Origin: an uncultured Ignavibacteriales bacterium
GTDB taxonomy: Bacteria; Zixibacteria; MSB-5A5; GN15; JAAZOE01
DNA: 22,424 nucleotides
Direction of reading: 5' to 3'
Assembly (NCBI GenBank): GCA_964611355.1
Contig: CAZSYD010000006.1
Location: forward strand, 62,001-84,424
The notes under the pieces are model-generated. The model saw only the letters and a program-made list of their open reading frames with translations. It made no database searches and was not told where the DNA came from. This document shows, in pieces, positions 8,385 to 17,296 of this stretch. The first letter of the stretch is position 1; each line of letters begins with the position of its first letter. The position numbers were made by a program, and so were the translations under genes.

Positions 8385-11300
8385 ATGGCGACATTCAGGT
8401 ACACTGTATCGATTGTCTTGCTATTATTAACCTTTGGCATAACCGCCGGTTTGGCGTCCGATAACCTTGAAGTTAAAACGGTGCGACTCTCCGACTCGCC
8501 GACAAATGTAAATGTTTTTGACAGAAGCGATGCCGGTCTCAGGATACGAATCGAGATCGGTTCGCTTGACTTTATTCCGGTGGCAACCAAGACTGGCGAC
8601 TTTATCCTGACAACAACCAAGGGACTGACAAGATCGCACCGGATCGGCGAACCGAACGTGCCGATTGCCAACCGCCTGCTTTCTATCCCCTATGGCAGCG
8701 AGTTGACGGTGGAGGTGGAAGATTATACGGTCGAAGAAATATCGCTGGCCGACTACGGCCTGACCTCTCCCCTTATACCGGTTCAGCCCTCTCTGAGCAA
8801 ATCGCAGTCGGCGGAAGAGGTTCCCTTTGAATTCAACGACGCCATATATAAAGAAGACCGTTATTATTCCCTTCCGCTGGGTGCTTCCAAAATCATCGGC
8901 GTTATGCGTTCGCTCCGTCTCGGCATGGTAACGGTGGCGCCGGTGCAGTACAACCCTATTAAAAATAGTCTTCGCATTTACAAGGAGATAACGGTTCGGA
9001 TCAGGTTTGAAAATGCCGATTGGCAGGAGACCTATTCTAAATGGTCGGAGAGCTACTCGCCGTTTTTCGAATCGGTTTACGGCCGCATCTCAAATTATCA
9101 AAGCATTGCCTCAACTCAGGATGACCTTACGCAATACCCGGTCAAGTATGTCATTGTTGCCGACCGGATGTTCGAAACGCAGTTGCAACCCTTTATCGAG
9201 TGGAAAACCAAAAAAGGGTTCACGGTTGTCACGGCCTACACCGATGAAATCGGCTCAACCAGCCTAGCCATAAAGAACTACCTGCAAAATCTTTATAATT
9301 CCGGAACTCCGGAAGATCCCGCGCCGTCTTTTGTTCTGCTGGTAGGCGACGACCAGCAGATACCGGCCTTTTATTTCGGAGGTCATAAGACCGATCTTTA
9401 CTTTTGCGAGTTCACCGGCGATACCCTGCCGGAGATATATTACGGCCGCTTCTCTGCGTTGAATACGTCACAGCTCCAGCCGCAGATAGATAAAACGCTC
9501 GAATATGAAAAATATGAAATGCCTGATCCCGATTATCTGGGCGAGGTGACGATGGTCTCCGGAGTCGATATTTATCATGCTTCGACCTACGGCAATGGTC
9601 AGATCAACTACGGCACCAGTCTTTATTTCAATGCGGCGCATGGGATATATCCGCATGTCTGGCTGTATCCCGAATCCGGTGAGCCCGGCGTAACCGACTC
9701 CATAATTCAGATAATAAATGACGGCATCGGATTTACCAATTATACCGCTCATTGCAACCACAACGGATGGGGCAACCCCGCCTTCAATACTTCCCATATT
9801 AACAACGACCTCACTAATATCCACAAATACCTGCTCGGAATAGGCAACTGCTGCGAATCGAACACCTTTGGCGATAATTACGGGGAGAATCCCTGTTTCG
9901 GTGAAGTCTGGCTGCAGGCGGAAAACAAGGGCGGCATAGGTTACATCGGCGGAACCGACGGTACTTACTGGGATGAAGACTACTGGTGGGGAGTCGGCTA
10001 TGGTCCCATCGTCGGCACCGGCCCGACTTACGAACAGACCGGCCTTGGCGCCTATGACGGCGTTTTCCATGACCACGATGAGCCGGTTAATCAACATTAC
10101 GTGGCCAACGCGGCGATTATATTCTGCGGCAACCTGGCCGTCACCGAGTCGGGCAGCGACCATACGGAATATTACTGGGAAATTTACACCTTGATGGGTG
10201 ACCCGGCGGTCATGACTTATATGGGCATCCCTTCCGAAAACAATGTTTCATATCCCGACATAATCATTGTTATGGACTCGCTGGCCGTGATTTCCGCCAA
10301 TCCGGGATCGTATGTCGGCCTGTCTATGAATGGAGAACTTCATGGTCAGGCGTATATAGGGCCATCCGGAACCGTTGAGATGAAATTCACGCCTTTTATC
10401 GAAGCAGGCGATGCCGATATCGTTATCACTGCCCAAAACAGGATACCCCATATATCTACCATTGCGGTAACTCCGCCGACATATCCTTTCCTCGTTTATG
10501 ACGACAACCAGGTGGATGATATCGCAGGCGGGAACGGCAACGGCGTGGTCGATCCCGGCGAAAATATCGTTCTTGGAATGCAGATTAAAAACATCGGGGC
10601 CGGTGACGCTATGGACGTCAATGCGACACTGTCTGCCACAGATACGTATATAACGATCATCGATAGTATTGAGTTTTTTGGAAATATACCGGGCGAAGAC
10701 GGCACCGTTAATATCGCCGACGCCTTTACTTTTGACGTTGCCGTTAATATCCCTGATCTCCATGAAATATCGTTTACGCTAACCATGACCGACGTCAAAG
10801 ACAGCGTCTGGTCGGATGATTTCAGTATAACGGCTCACGCTCCGGTTCTGGAATATCTGTCCCTTGAAATAAATGACGCCGCCGGAAACGCCGACGGTTA
10901 TCTCGATCCGGGCGAGACGGCCGAATTGGTATTTACCCTCCGGAATAACGGCACCGGCCAGGCGGATAACCTGACCGCCGTTCTCGGCGAAAACGATCCA
11001 TACATCACGGTAGATGATGGAAACGGCTGGTTCGGCTCAATCCTTCCCGACGGCGGGCTGGCTGATAATTCCACCGACCTTTTTATTGTTTCGGCCGACC
11101 TTTCCTGCCCGCTTGGAAATAAGGTATCTTTCAATCTTGATATTTCAGGCGATAATGGCTTTTCGACCGGTCTGAATGCCGATTTGGAAATCGGCAGACG
11201 AGTTGACTTCCATTACGACGATTTCTCGTTCGACCAGGGTTGGGAAGGCTTGAGCGGCCCGGGCGAATGGACTATAGACACCGCAATGGGAGGTATCGGC

Positions 11301-12587
11301 AACGACGGCGTTGGCGGACCCGATCCGGCCGAGGATCACAGCCCCTCAACCGATAATAAAGTTCTTGGAAATGACCTTGCCGGTGGATTGGGCGGCGACT
11401 ATAGCAGCGGCCTGAGCACTGCCTACTGGGTTACCTCGCCGATTATCGACTGTTCCCATTTCAATGGCGTTATGCTGAATTTCTACCGCTGGCTGGGAGT
11501 TCAGAGTAATAATATAGATCATGCCAGACTGCAGGCTTATGACGGAAGCGACTGGATAATAATCTTTGAAAACGGCGTGGAGACATTGGACGAAACCGCC
11601 TGGAGTCTGCAGGAATATGACATGTCGGCTATAGCCGACAGCAACTCCGATTTTCGCCTTCGCTTTGGATTGGGACCGACCAACGATTATTCGAATTACT
11701 GTGGCTGGAACATAGATGACTTGATTCTCAAGGGATATGGCCGGCAAAAGTCCGGGCAGATTTCGTTTGAGTTCTTACCCCTGATCGACAGTCTCGTTTC
11801 CGGAGAAATCGTCGATGACACGCTGAGGATACATAACCTCAGCACTGAAGATACTCTTTTGATTCAATTCGACCCGCCGGTTGAACCCTGGCTTAGTTGC
11901 TCCGGCGAGCAGCTTTACATCGCGCCTCTCGAAAGTTATGATATGGTAGTAACGATTAACGCAACCGATATGGATCCGGGTGATAATTTCGGCTTTTTGA
12001 CCTATACGTCAAACGATTACCGGCACAAATCGGGCGGCGTCGAGGTATTGCTCCATATTTACTCGCCGCAGATTAACATTCCCGCGGAATCGGTGGTCAA
12101 GTCGCTTGAAGAAAACGGGCAGGCCGACCGATTTATAGAGATAAACAATCTCGGTTCCGGCCTTCTGGAGTTTGAGGCTGTTGCGGAAATGTTTGAGGGC
12201 CAGCAGGCGAACTGGTTATCAGTGCTGCCGGGCAGCGGGACAATCGAACCCGGCCAGTCAGATTCCCTGACGGCAGGCTTCGACGCCGCCACGCTGGAGC
12301 TTGGCCAATATACAGGCCGGATTACGGTTACCAGTAATGATCCCGTCACGCCATCGTGGGTTGTTCCGATAACGTTGAAAGTAATAGTCTGCGGCGATGC
12401 TAATGGTGATGAAAACGTCAATACCGCCGACGCGGTTTACCTCACGAACTATATTTTCCATAATGGTCCAGCGCCGGATCCGATTGAAGCCGGCGACACC
12501 AACGGTGACGGATCGGTCAATTTGGCTGACGCCGTTTATATCATCAACTACGTTTTCAACGAAGGACCGGCCCCGCTTTGTCCGTAA
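8385..12587 (+). CDS. Secreted Lys-gingipain (Kgp)-like C25 cysteine peptidase: propeptide, catalytic domain, C25_C Ig, two CARDB/NEW3-like domains, jelly-roll domain, two BACON-like domains, dockerin
   Basis: Start moved from the TTG at 8316 to the in-frame ATG at 8385, which gives a normal signal peptide (MATFRYTVSIVLLLLTFGITAGLA). Propeptide GEPNVP, P.QPSLSKS, VAPVQYNP. Catalytic domain FIEWKTKKGF, FVLLVGD, PEIYYGRFSA, KTLEYEKY, NYTAHC (His 9750), IGNCCE (Cys 9852), YWDEDYWWGVG, YYWEIYTLMGDP. Dockerin at 12390-12584. Confidence 0.92.
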   Translation: MATFRYTVSIVLLLLTFGITAGLASDNLEVKTVRLSDSPTNVNVFDRSDAGLRIRIEIGSLDFIPVATKTGDFILTTTKGLTRSHRIGEPNVPIANRLLSIPYGSELTVEVEDYTVEEISLADYGLTSPLIPVQPSLSKSQSAEEVPFEFNDAIYKEDRYYSLPLGASKIIGVMRSLRLGMVTVAPVQYNPIKNSLRIYKEITVRIRFENADWQETYSKWSESYSPFFESVYGRISNYQSIASTQDDLTQYPVKYVIVADRMFETQLQPFIEWKTKKGFTVVTAYTDEIGSTSLAIKNYLQNLYNSGTPEDPAPSFVLLVGDDQQIPAFYFGGHKTDLYFCEFTGDTLPEIYYGRFSALNTSQLQPQIDKTLEYEKYEMPDPDYLGEVTMVSGVDIYHASTYGNGQINYGTSLYFNAAHGIYPHVWLYPESGEPGVTDSIIQIINDGIGFTNYTAHCNHNGWGNPAFNTSHINNDLTNIHKYLLGIGNCCESNTFGDNYGENPCFGEVWLQAENKGGIGYIGGTDGTYWDEDYWWGVGYGPIVGTGPTYEQTGLGAYDGVFHDHDEPVNQHYVANAAIIFCGNLAVTESGSDHTEYYWEIYTLMGDPAVMTYMGIPSENNVSYPDIIIVMDSLAVISANPGSYVGLSMNGELHGQAYIGPSGTVEMKFTPFIEAGDADIVITAQNRIPHISTIAVTPPTYPFLVYDDNQVDDIAGGNGNGVVDPGENIVLGMQIKNIGAGDAMDVNATLSATDTYITIIDSIEFFGNIPGEDGTVNIADAFTFDVAVNIPDLHEISFTLTMTDVKDSVWSDDFSITAHAPVLEYLSLEINDAAGNADGYLDPGETAELVFTLRNNGTGQADNLTAVLGENDPYITVDDGNGWFGSILPDGGLADNSTDLFIVSADLSCPLGNKVSFNLDISGDNGFSTGLNADLEIGRRVDFHYDDFSFDQGWEGLSGPGEWTIDTAMGGIGNDGVGGPDPAEDHSPSTDNKVLGNDLAGGLGGDYSSGLSTAYWVTSPIIDCSHFNGVMLNFYRWLGVQSNNIDHARLQAYDGSDWIIIFENGVETLDETAWSLQEYDMSAIADSNSDFRLRFGLGPTNDYSNYCGWNIDDLILKGYGRQKSGQISFEFLPLIDSLVSGEIVDDTLRIHNLSTEDTLLIQFDPPVEPWLSCSGEQLYIAPLESYDMVVTINATDMDPGDNFGFLTYTSNDYRHKSGGVEVLLHIYSPQINIPAESVVKSLEENGQADRFIEINNLGSGLLEFEAVAEMFEGQQANWLSVLPGSGTIEPGQSDSLTAGFDAATLELGQYTGRITVTSNDPVTPSWVVPITLKVIVCGDANGDENVNTADAVYLTNYIFHNGPAPDPIEAGDTNGDGSVNLADAVYIINYVFNEGPAPLCP

Positions 12588-12699
12588 CGGCACAACTGAA
12601 GAAGATTGTCGCCTTGAGACAATATATCAGTCGACAGGGGAAAAGTACTGTAGTCATATAGTTATACTGACCCGTTCGCGTTCCAATAGAGGCAGATAA

Positions 12700-15234
12700 A
12701 TGAGGAAAGCAAGACTACTGCTTAACGTCTCGATTGTCCTGATAGTGGCGTGTATCTTCCGGGTGTCCGCGATTGGCGCCGAAGATTCAATACCAAAGGC
12801 CGAGAAACCGCTTTATATAACCAGGTCAATCTCCCCTTCCGCGCAAGCCGGGATATTAATCAGGTCCGAAAAAGGCGAATCAGGGTTCGAGAAACATGCA
12901 AAGAATTCCTTTTCGGCCGGCAGCCCTCATCGTATAGATAATCCTGAGGCACAAGCGTACTCAGCCCCGCCCAACGATAACTGTGCCGATGTTATCCCCG
13001 GCACATTGCCGATGGTTGTTACCGGCGATAACTCCTCAGCCACCAGTGACTGCGATCTGTTTCTCGACGGCGCAGAGGTTTGGGAAGCTTTTACCATCGA
13101 CGAAAAAATGGATGTAACCGTTGCCTATTGCGGCACCAGTCCGGCCTTCGAAGTGGTTTACACAATTCTGATTGAGGGCTGCCCCTGCGAAAAGCAGATC
13201 ATCGCTCACGTCGGTGATTGGGAAGAATGCGGCGACGGCAATATGACTCTTTATTTCTACGGCCTGAATCCGGGCACGTATTATATCCCGATTCTGGCAT
13301 CCCATCCTGACTTCTCAGATTATTATTTCACCGGGCCGTATGCAATCAGCATTACCGGCCAGCCGTGGCAGGAACGTTACTGCGAGGCCGACGTCGCTAC
13401 CTGCGACGAATATATCAGCCGTGTTACCGTGGCTGAAATCGATAATGCATCCGGATGTACCGGATACGGCGACTACACCGACAAGGTAACCCTTATGGCC
13501 TGTAACGCCGGTTACCCTGTCACAATAGAAATAACCGGCGGCTACGCAGCCGACTATGGCGCCGTTTGGGTTGACTGGAATCAGGATCAGGATTTTGTGG
13601 ACGCCGGCGAAGCGATACCGCTCGACATCTGCTCCGGTATCGGTCCGTACACCGGCATCATTACCATCCCCGAAAACGCCGCCGAGGGCGAAACCCGAAT
13701 GAGAATTCGCCTGAACTATGCTTCCCCGCCTGAACCATGCGGCGTAACCTCATACGGTGAAGTCGAAGATTATACCGTAAGCGTCGGCGGCGACCCATCA
13801 TATTTGACTATTGATCCCGATATTGTCGATCTCGGCTGGGTTATTCCCGGTTTCACCGGAGAAGAAAAACTGGTCTTCGGAGCCACCGGACAAAATTCCG
13901 TCTATTTCTCGATTGGTATTGTGTATGGCGGCAAAGAAAGCGTCGGCGGCGGCTGGAGTGAACCGGCTCTTCGCGTAAGTCCCTTCGACAATAATGGGCA
14001 TGTTCCGGTCGAAGGCAAATCGAAAAGCCGGCTTCTGTCTGAGGGTTTCGAAGACGGCATCATTCCCCCGGCGGACTGGACAACGATCGTAAATAACAAT
14101 TACACCTGGGGAATTGCAGCCGACGATCCTTACGAAGGCAATTTCTACGCCGTCTGTAAATATGACGAAACCCAAACGAGCATGCAAAATGAATGGCTTA
14201 TCAGTCCGGCTCTTGATTTTAGCGGCGAAGAATACCTGCTCGATTTCTGGTGGAACGGCAGCTATTATCATTCCGTTGAAAGAGAAAGATGCACTCTTTC
14301 GGTCTGGATTTCTTTGGACGGCGGAAACTCCTGGAATATGAAATTGTGGGACAACCTGCAATTCGGGCTTTTTGAAGACTGGCAGTGGAATAATACAGTC
14401 ATTGATCTGTCCTCGTTTGCGGATGAAAGTAACCTTAAGATCGCTTTTGTCTACACGGGCGATGACGGCGCCGCTTTTGCCATAGACGCCGTAGGCGTCA
14501 GCCCTGTTCCTGTCCCCTGGCTGCGCGTCGAACCATGGCTGGGCAGGGTGCCGCCTTATGGCAATCTGCCGGTAACCGTAACCGGATATACAAACGACCT
14601 CGAACTCGGTTCATATAATGCCGAGTTGATTATTACCCATACCGGCGGTTCGGCCAAGGGAGAAACCAGGCTCCCGGTATCGATGTCCATCGGCGTGGCC
14701 GAATGGGTAACGATAATGCCCGAACCGATGTATGCTCTTTTCGCTTATGAAAGCGAGCCTATACCCGGTTGCGCATACATCCATTCCTCGGCCCTGCCCG
14801 AAGGTTATCTTACAACGGATATAAATACATCATCAGTAACGATCAATACGACTCTCGGTCCGACGGGATCGGAATTTATCGGCGATGTTCTGGCGTTTGA
14901 CATCGATGCCCGCGGTTTTGTAGCTACCTATTCGCTTCTGTGGGATACTCTCGAGGTGGCCTACACCGTCTCAGGTGAATTTACCGACGGCGTGGCGTTT
15001 GCGCTTGATTTCACGGTCGATTTCATCGGCTACACAGCCGGCGACGCCAACCTGGACGGCAAAGCAAACCTCTCTGATGTCGTTTTTATTTCCGCTTATA
15101 TATTTCTGGGAGGGTCAGCGCCCGGGGTTTTGGAGACTGCTGACGCCAACTGTGACGGCCAGGTGGATATCTGCGACATGGTCTATTTAACCAACTTCAT
15201 CTTTCACAATGGCCCGCTTCCATGCCACCAGTAG
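12700..15234 (+). CDS. Secreted non-catalytic modular protein: PPNDNC-type Cys-rich domain, GEVED domain, cleaved-adhesin/choice-of-anchor-J-like jelly roll, BACON-like Ig, C-terminal dockerin
   Basis: Signal peptide; GAGG SD at 12689-12692. GEVED signature EYISRVT...[15 protein letters not shown]...TRMRIR...GEVEDY (13756-13773). EGFEDG..P.DW...[10 protein letters not shown]...IDAV jelly roll. Dockerin at 15037-15231. No catalytic motif recognised. Confidence 0.85.
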   Translation: MRKARLLLNVSIVLIVACIFRVSAIGAEDSIPKAEKPLYITRSISPSAQAGILIRSEKGESGFEKHAKNSFSAGSPHRIDNPEAQAYSAPPNDNCADVIPGTLPMVVTGDNSSATSDCDLFLDGAEVWEAFTIDEKMDVTVAYCGTSPAFEVVYTILIEGCPCEKQIIAHVGDWEECGDGNMTLYFYGLNPGTYYIPILASHPDFSDYYFTGPYAISITGQPWQERYCEADVATCDEYISRVTVAEIDNASGCTGYGDYTDKVTLMACNAGYPVTIEITGGYAADYGAVWVDWNQDQDFVDAGEAIPLDICSGIGPYTGIITIPENAAEGETRMRIRLNYASPPEPCGVTSYGEVEDYTVSVGGDPSYLTIDPDIVDLGWVIPGFTGEEKLVFGATGQNSVYFSIGIVYGGKESVGGGWSEPALRVSPFDNNGHVPVEGKSKSRLLSEGFEDGIIPPADWTTIVNNNYTWGIAADDPYEGNFYAVCKYDETQTSMQNEWLISPALDFSGEEYLLDFWWNGSYYHSVERERCTLSVWISLDGGNSWNMKLWDNLQFGLFEDWQWNNTVIDLSSFADESNLKIAFVYTGDDGAAFAIDAVGVSPVPVPWLRVEPWLGRVPPYGNLPVTVTGYTNDLELGSYNAELIITHTGGSAKGETRLPVSMSIGVAEWVTIMPEPMYALFAYESEPIPGCAYIHSSALPEGYLTTDINTSSVTINTTLGPTGSEFIGDVLAFDIDARGFVATYSLLWDTLEVAYTVSGEFTDGVAFALDFTVDFIGYTAGDANLDGKANLSDVVFISAYIFLGGSAPGVLETADANCDGQVDICDMVYLTNFIFHNGPLPCHQ

Positions 15235-15257
15235 CGATTAGAAACAAGAATTCAATC

Positions 15258-15286
15258 AAAACCGGTCGCAACAGGTCGGTTTTTTT
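15258..15286 (+). terminator. Rho-independent terminator after the dockerin gene cluster (possibly bidirectional)
   Basis: AAAACCGGTC-gcaaca-GGTCGGTTTTTTT: stem with two G-U pairs and a T7 tract, lying between convergent genes. Confidence 0.75.
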
Positions 15287-15307
15287 GCGCATAAATCCAT
15301 TAAGTCG

Positions 15308-15802
15308 TTACCGTCCCTTTTCGAGGTAAAAGCCAAGGTATTTTCTTCCTTTTTCCGTCAAATCATAATAAGTATGATTACGATGTTTGATCCATTTCCC
15401 TTTAGCTATGCCTTTACGGTATCGAATCATCTTCGGAGCCACGCGTTGAAGAAGGCCCAAACCGCGAAGCTTATCATGTCTGTCAAAGACCGTTTGCCTG
15501 TCGATATGCAAAATCACGGCCACCTCCAATGAATAATCGACGCCAAGCTGCCGGTGATGATCGAGGATCCGGAAATCGACCTCGTCCAGTTTCCGATAAT
15601 CGTCATCAGGGCAAAACTCCTCGCCCGCCAGAATATCATCCCATTCGAGAATAATCAGGCGCTTGGGATCAACCTTGGCAAGGTTGCCGCAATCGGTCTT
15701 GTGGACTTTTATAAAATTGTCGTGACTGTAATAGCCGGTAATCGGATCGCCCGGTTTCGGCTTGCAGCAGTCGGCCGCAATATAATCATGTTTCAATCGC
15801 AT
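15308..15802 (-). CDS. RelA/SpoT-type zinc-finger (ZFD/CC) domain fused to a DUF2250-like winged helix-turn-helix
   Basis: N-half ADCCKPKPGDPITGY...IKVHKTDC.NL...PKRLIILEW matches the RelA CCxPxPGDxIxG...VHxxDC...PERxxxxxW motif. C-half ILDHH..GVDY...L..LGLLQR...HTYYDLTEKG matches DUF2250 as I recall it. The start is either ATG 15802 (used here) or ATG 15850. Confidence 0.8.
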   Translation of the reverse strand: MRLKHDYIAADCCKPKPGDPITGYYSHDNFIKVHKTDCGNLAKVDPKRLIILEWDDILAGEEFCPDDDYRKLDEVDFRILDHHRQLGVDYSLEVAVILHIDRQTVFDRHDKLRGLGLLQRVAPKMIRYRKGIAKGKWIKHRNHTYYDLTEKGRKYLGFYLEKGR

Positions 15803-15883
15803 GATTTGAACATGTCGAATTGGATTTCTACAGGATAAAAAAGCCGCCATTAAATCTTAAATCGCCGCTAATTACCAAATCGA

Positions 15884-17296
15884 CTATATGTTGTAATACA
15901 TTTCAAATTCAAACGGCGTCGGCCGAATCCTTATTTCAACAACCTCTTTACGCTTGAGTTCAATCCAGTTCTCCAGTAAATCCTCGGTAAAGACGCCGGC
16001 TTCCAGAAGATATTTATAGTCCTTTTCCAGTGCGTTGAGAGCTTTATTCAGCGACGTCGGCAATTTATGGATTCTGACCAGTTCCTCAGGAGACATCCGG
16101 TCAACGTTTTTGTCCAGCGGCAGACCGGGATCGATTTTTTTCCTGATGCCGTCAATGCCGGCCATCAGCATGGCGGCGTACGCCAGATATGGATTCATGG
16201 TGCCGTCAGGCGGACGGAACTCGAAACGCATCATTTTGGGGTCAAGTTGATAGCCGGGGATGCGGATACAGGCGGTGCGGTTGCCGACCGAATAGGTGCC
16301 AGCTACCGGCGCCTCGAAGCCGGGCACCAGTCGTTTGAATGAATTCGTCGACGGATTGGAGAAAGTCAGAATCGAATCGACGTGCTCTAAAAGCCCGCCT
16401 ATATAATACAGGCCGATTTTGGAAAACTTATGCGGGCCTTTTCTGTCATAGAAAAGAGAACCCTTGCTATCGGCCAGGTATTGATGTACATGCAAACCCG
16501 AGCCCGGTTCGTTGAAAAGCGGTTTGGGCATAAACGTGGCCGACTTTTTCATTCGGAAACACTGGTTTTTAACGAAGTATTTAACCAGCATAGTCTGATC
16601 GGCCATTTTGGAAAGCGGCGCAAATTTAATCTCGATCTCATGCTGACCTCCGCCGCCGACTTCGTGGTGATGATACTTCAGTTCTATTCCGATTTCGGCC
16701 AGCATCGATGATATTGCCGAGCGCAAATTGTAGGTACGATCCATTGGCGGCGCAGCATGATACCCCTTTTTATACGGAATTTTATAGCCTAAGCATTCTT
16801 CGTCATCGGTGGCGTTCTGTTCCGCTTCGATTGAATCGATATAATAAAAGGCGCTTGCCGGGCCCTGGAAAAAATTTACCTTGTCAAAAACGTAGAACTC
16901 GAATTCCGGCCCGATAATCGCTTTGGCGCCTTTTACAATCTTGTGCAGGTATTTTTCGGCGTCGGCGCTGACCCGGCGCGGATTGCGCGAATAGGGAGTT
17001 ACTTTTTGCCCAACTTCAAAAATGTCGCAGATGAATGAAATGGTGGGACGCTCAAAAAATGGATCGATACAAGCAGTATCGAGATCGGGGATGGCAATCA
17101 TATCTCCCCGCTCGATTGATAAAAAACCCGGCAGCGCGGAGCCGTCAAATCCAATTCCATTAGTCAACAGAGCCTGATTTAGAGCTGATATCGGCAGGGT
17201 AATATGATGCCAGCTACCGAGCAGGTCTGAAAACTTTACGTCGATATACTCAACTTTCTTTTCCCGGGCATACTTCTTTATCTTATCCAGGCCCAT
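15884..17296 (-). CDS. glnA: Type I glutamine synthetase (GSI-beta-like length and insertion)
   Basis: GFDGS, GPEFEFY, HHHEV, QHEI, ATFMPKP, GSGLHVHQ, NSFKRLVPGFEAP, NRTACIRIP, RFEFRPPD, NPYLAYAAMLMAGIDGI, RPTPFEF. SD GGAAGGAGAAGG upstream on the minus strand. Confidence 0.93.
   Translation of the reverse strand: MGLDKIKKYAREKKVEYIDVKFSDLLGSWHHITLPISALNQALLTNGIGFDGSALPGFLSIERGDMIAIPDLDTACIDPFFERPTISFICDIFEVGQKVTPYSRNPRRVSADAEKYLHKIVKGAKAIIGPEFEFYVFDKVNFFQGPASAFYYIDSIEAEQNATDDEECLGYKIPYKKGYHAAPPMDRTYNLRSAISSMLAEIGIELKYHHHEVGGGGQHEIEIKFAPLSKMADQTMLVKYFVKNQCFRMKKSATFMPKPLFNEPGSGLHVHQYLADSKGSLFYDRKGPHKFSKIGLYYIGGLLEHVDSILTFSNPSTNSFKRLVPGFEAPVAGTYSVGNRTACIRIPGYQLDPKMMRFEFRPPDGTMNPYLAYAAMLMAGIDGIRKKIDPGLPLDKNVDRMSPEELVRIHKLPTSLNKALNALEKDYKYLLEAGVFTEDLLENWIELKRKEVVEIRIRPTPFEFEMYYNI

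Noticed and set aside
12588..12699. Short alternative hairpins (ATTGTC/GACAAT and others) upstream of the GEVED gene as a riboswitch
   Set aside because: Stems are only 4-7 bp and I see no match to a riboswitch consensus. An Rfam scan would be needed.
4283..14361. Many minus-strand ORFs opposite the dockerin genes (e.g. 4283-4849, 9468-10163, 10248-10763, 13798-14361)
   Set aside because: Their V/I/A/G-rich translations are the typical antisense mirror of D/N/T/G-rich secreted proteins. No RBS or domain evidence.
15641..15781. RelA-like segment as a relA pseudogene remnant
   Set aside because: It is in frame with an intact wHTH domain, keeps all putative Zn ligands, and no other rel fragments are visible nearby. 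A functional fusion is more parsimonious.
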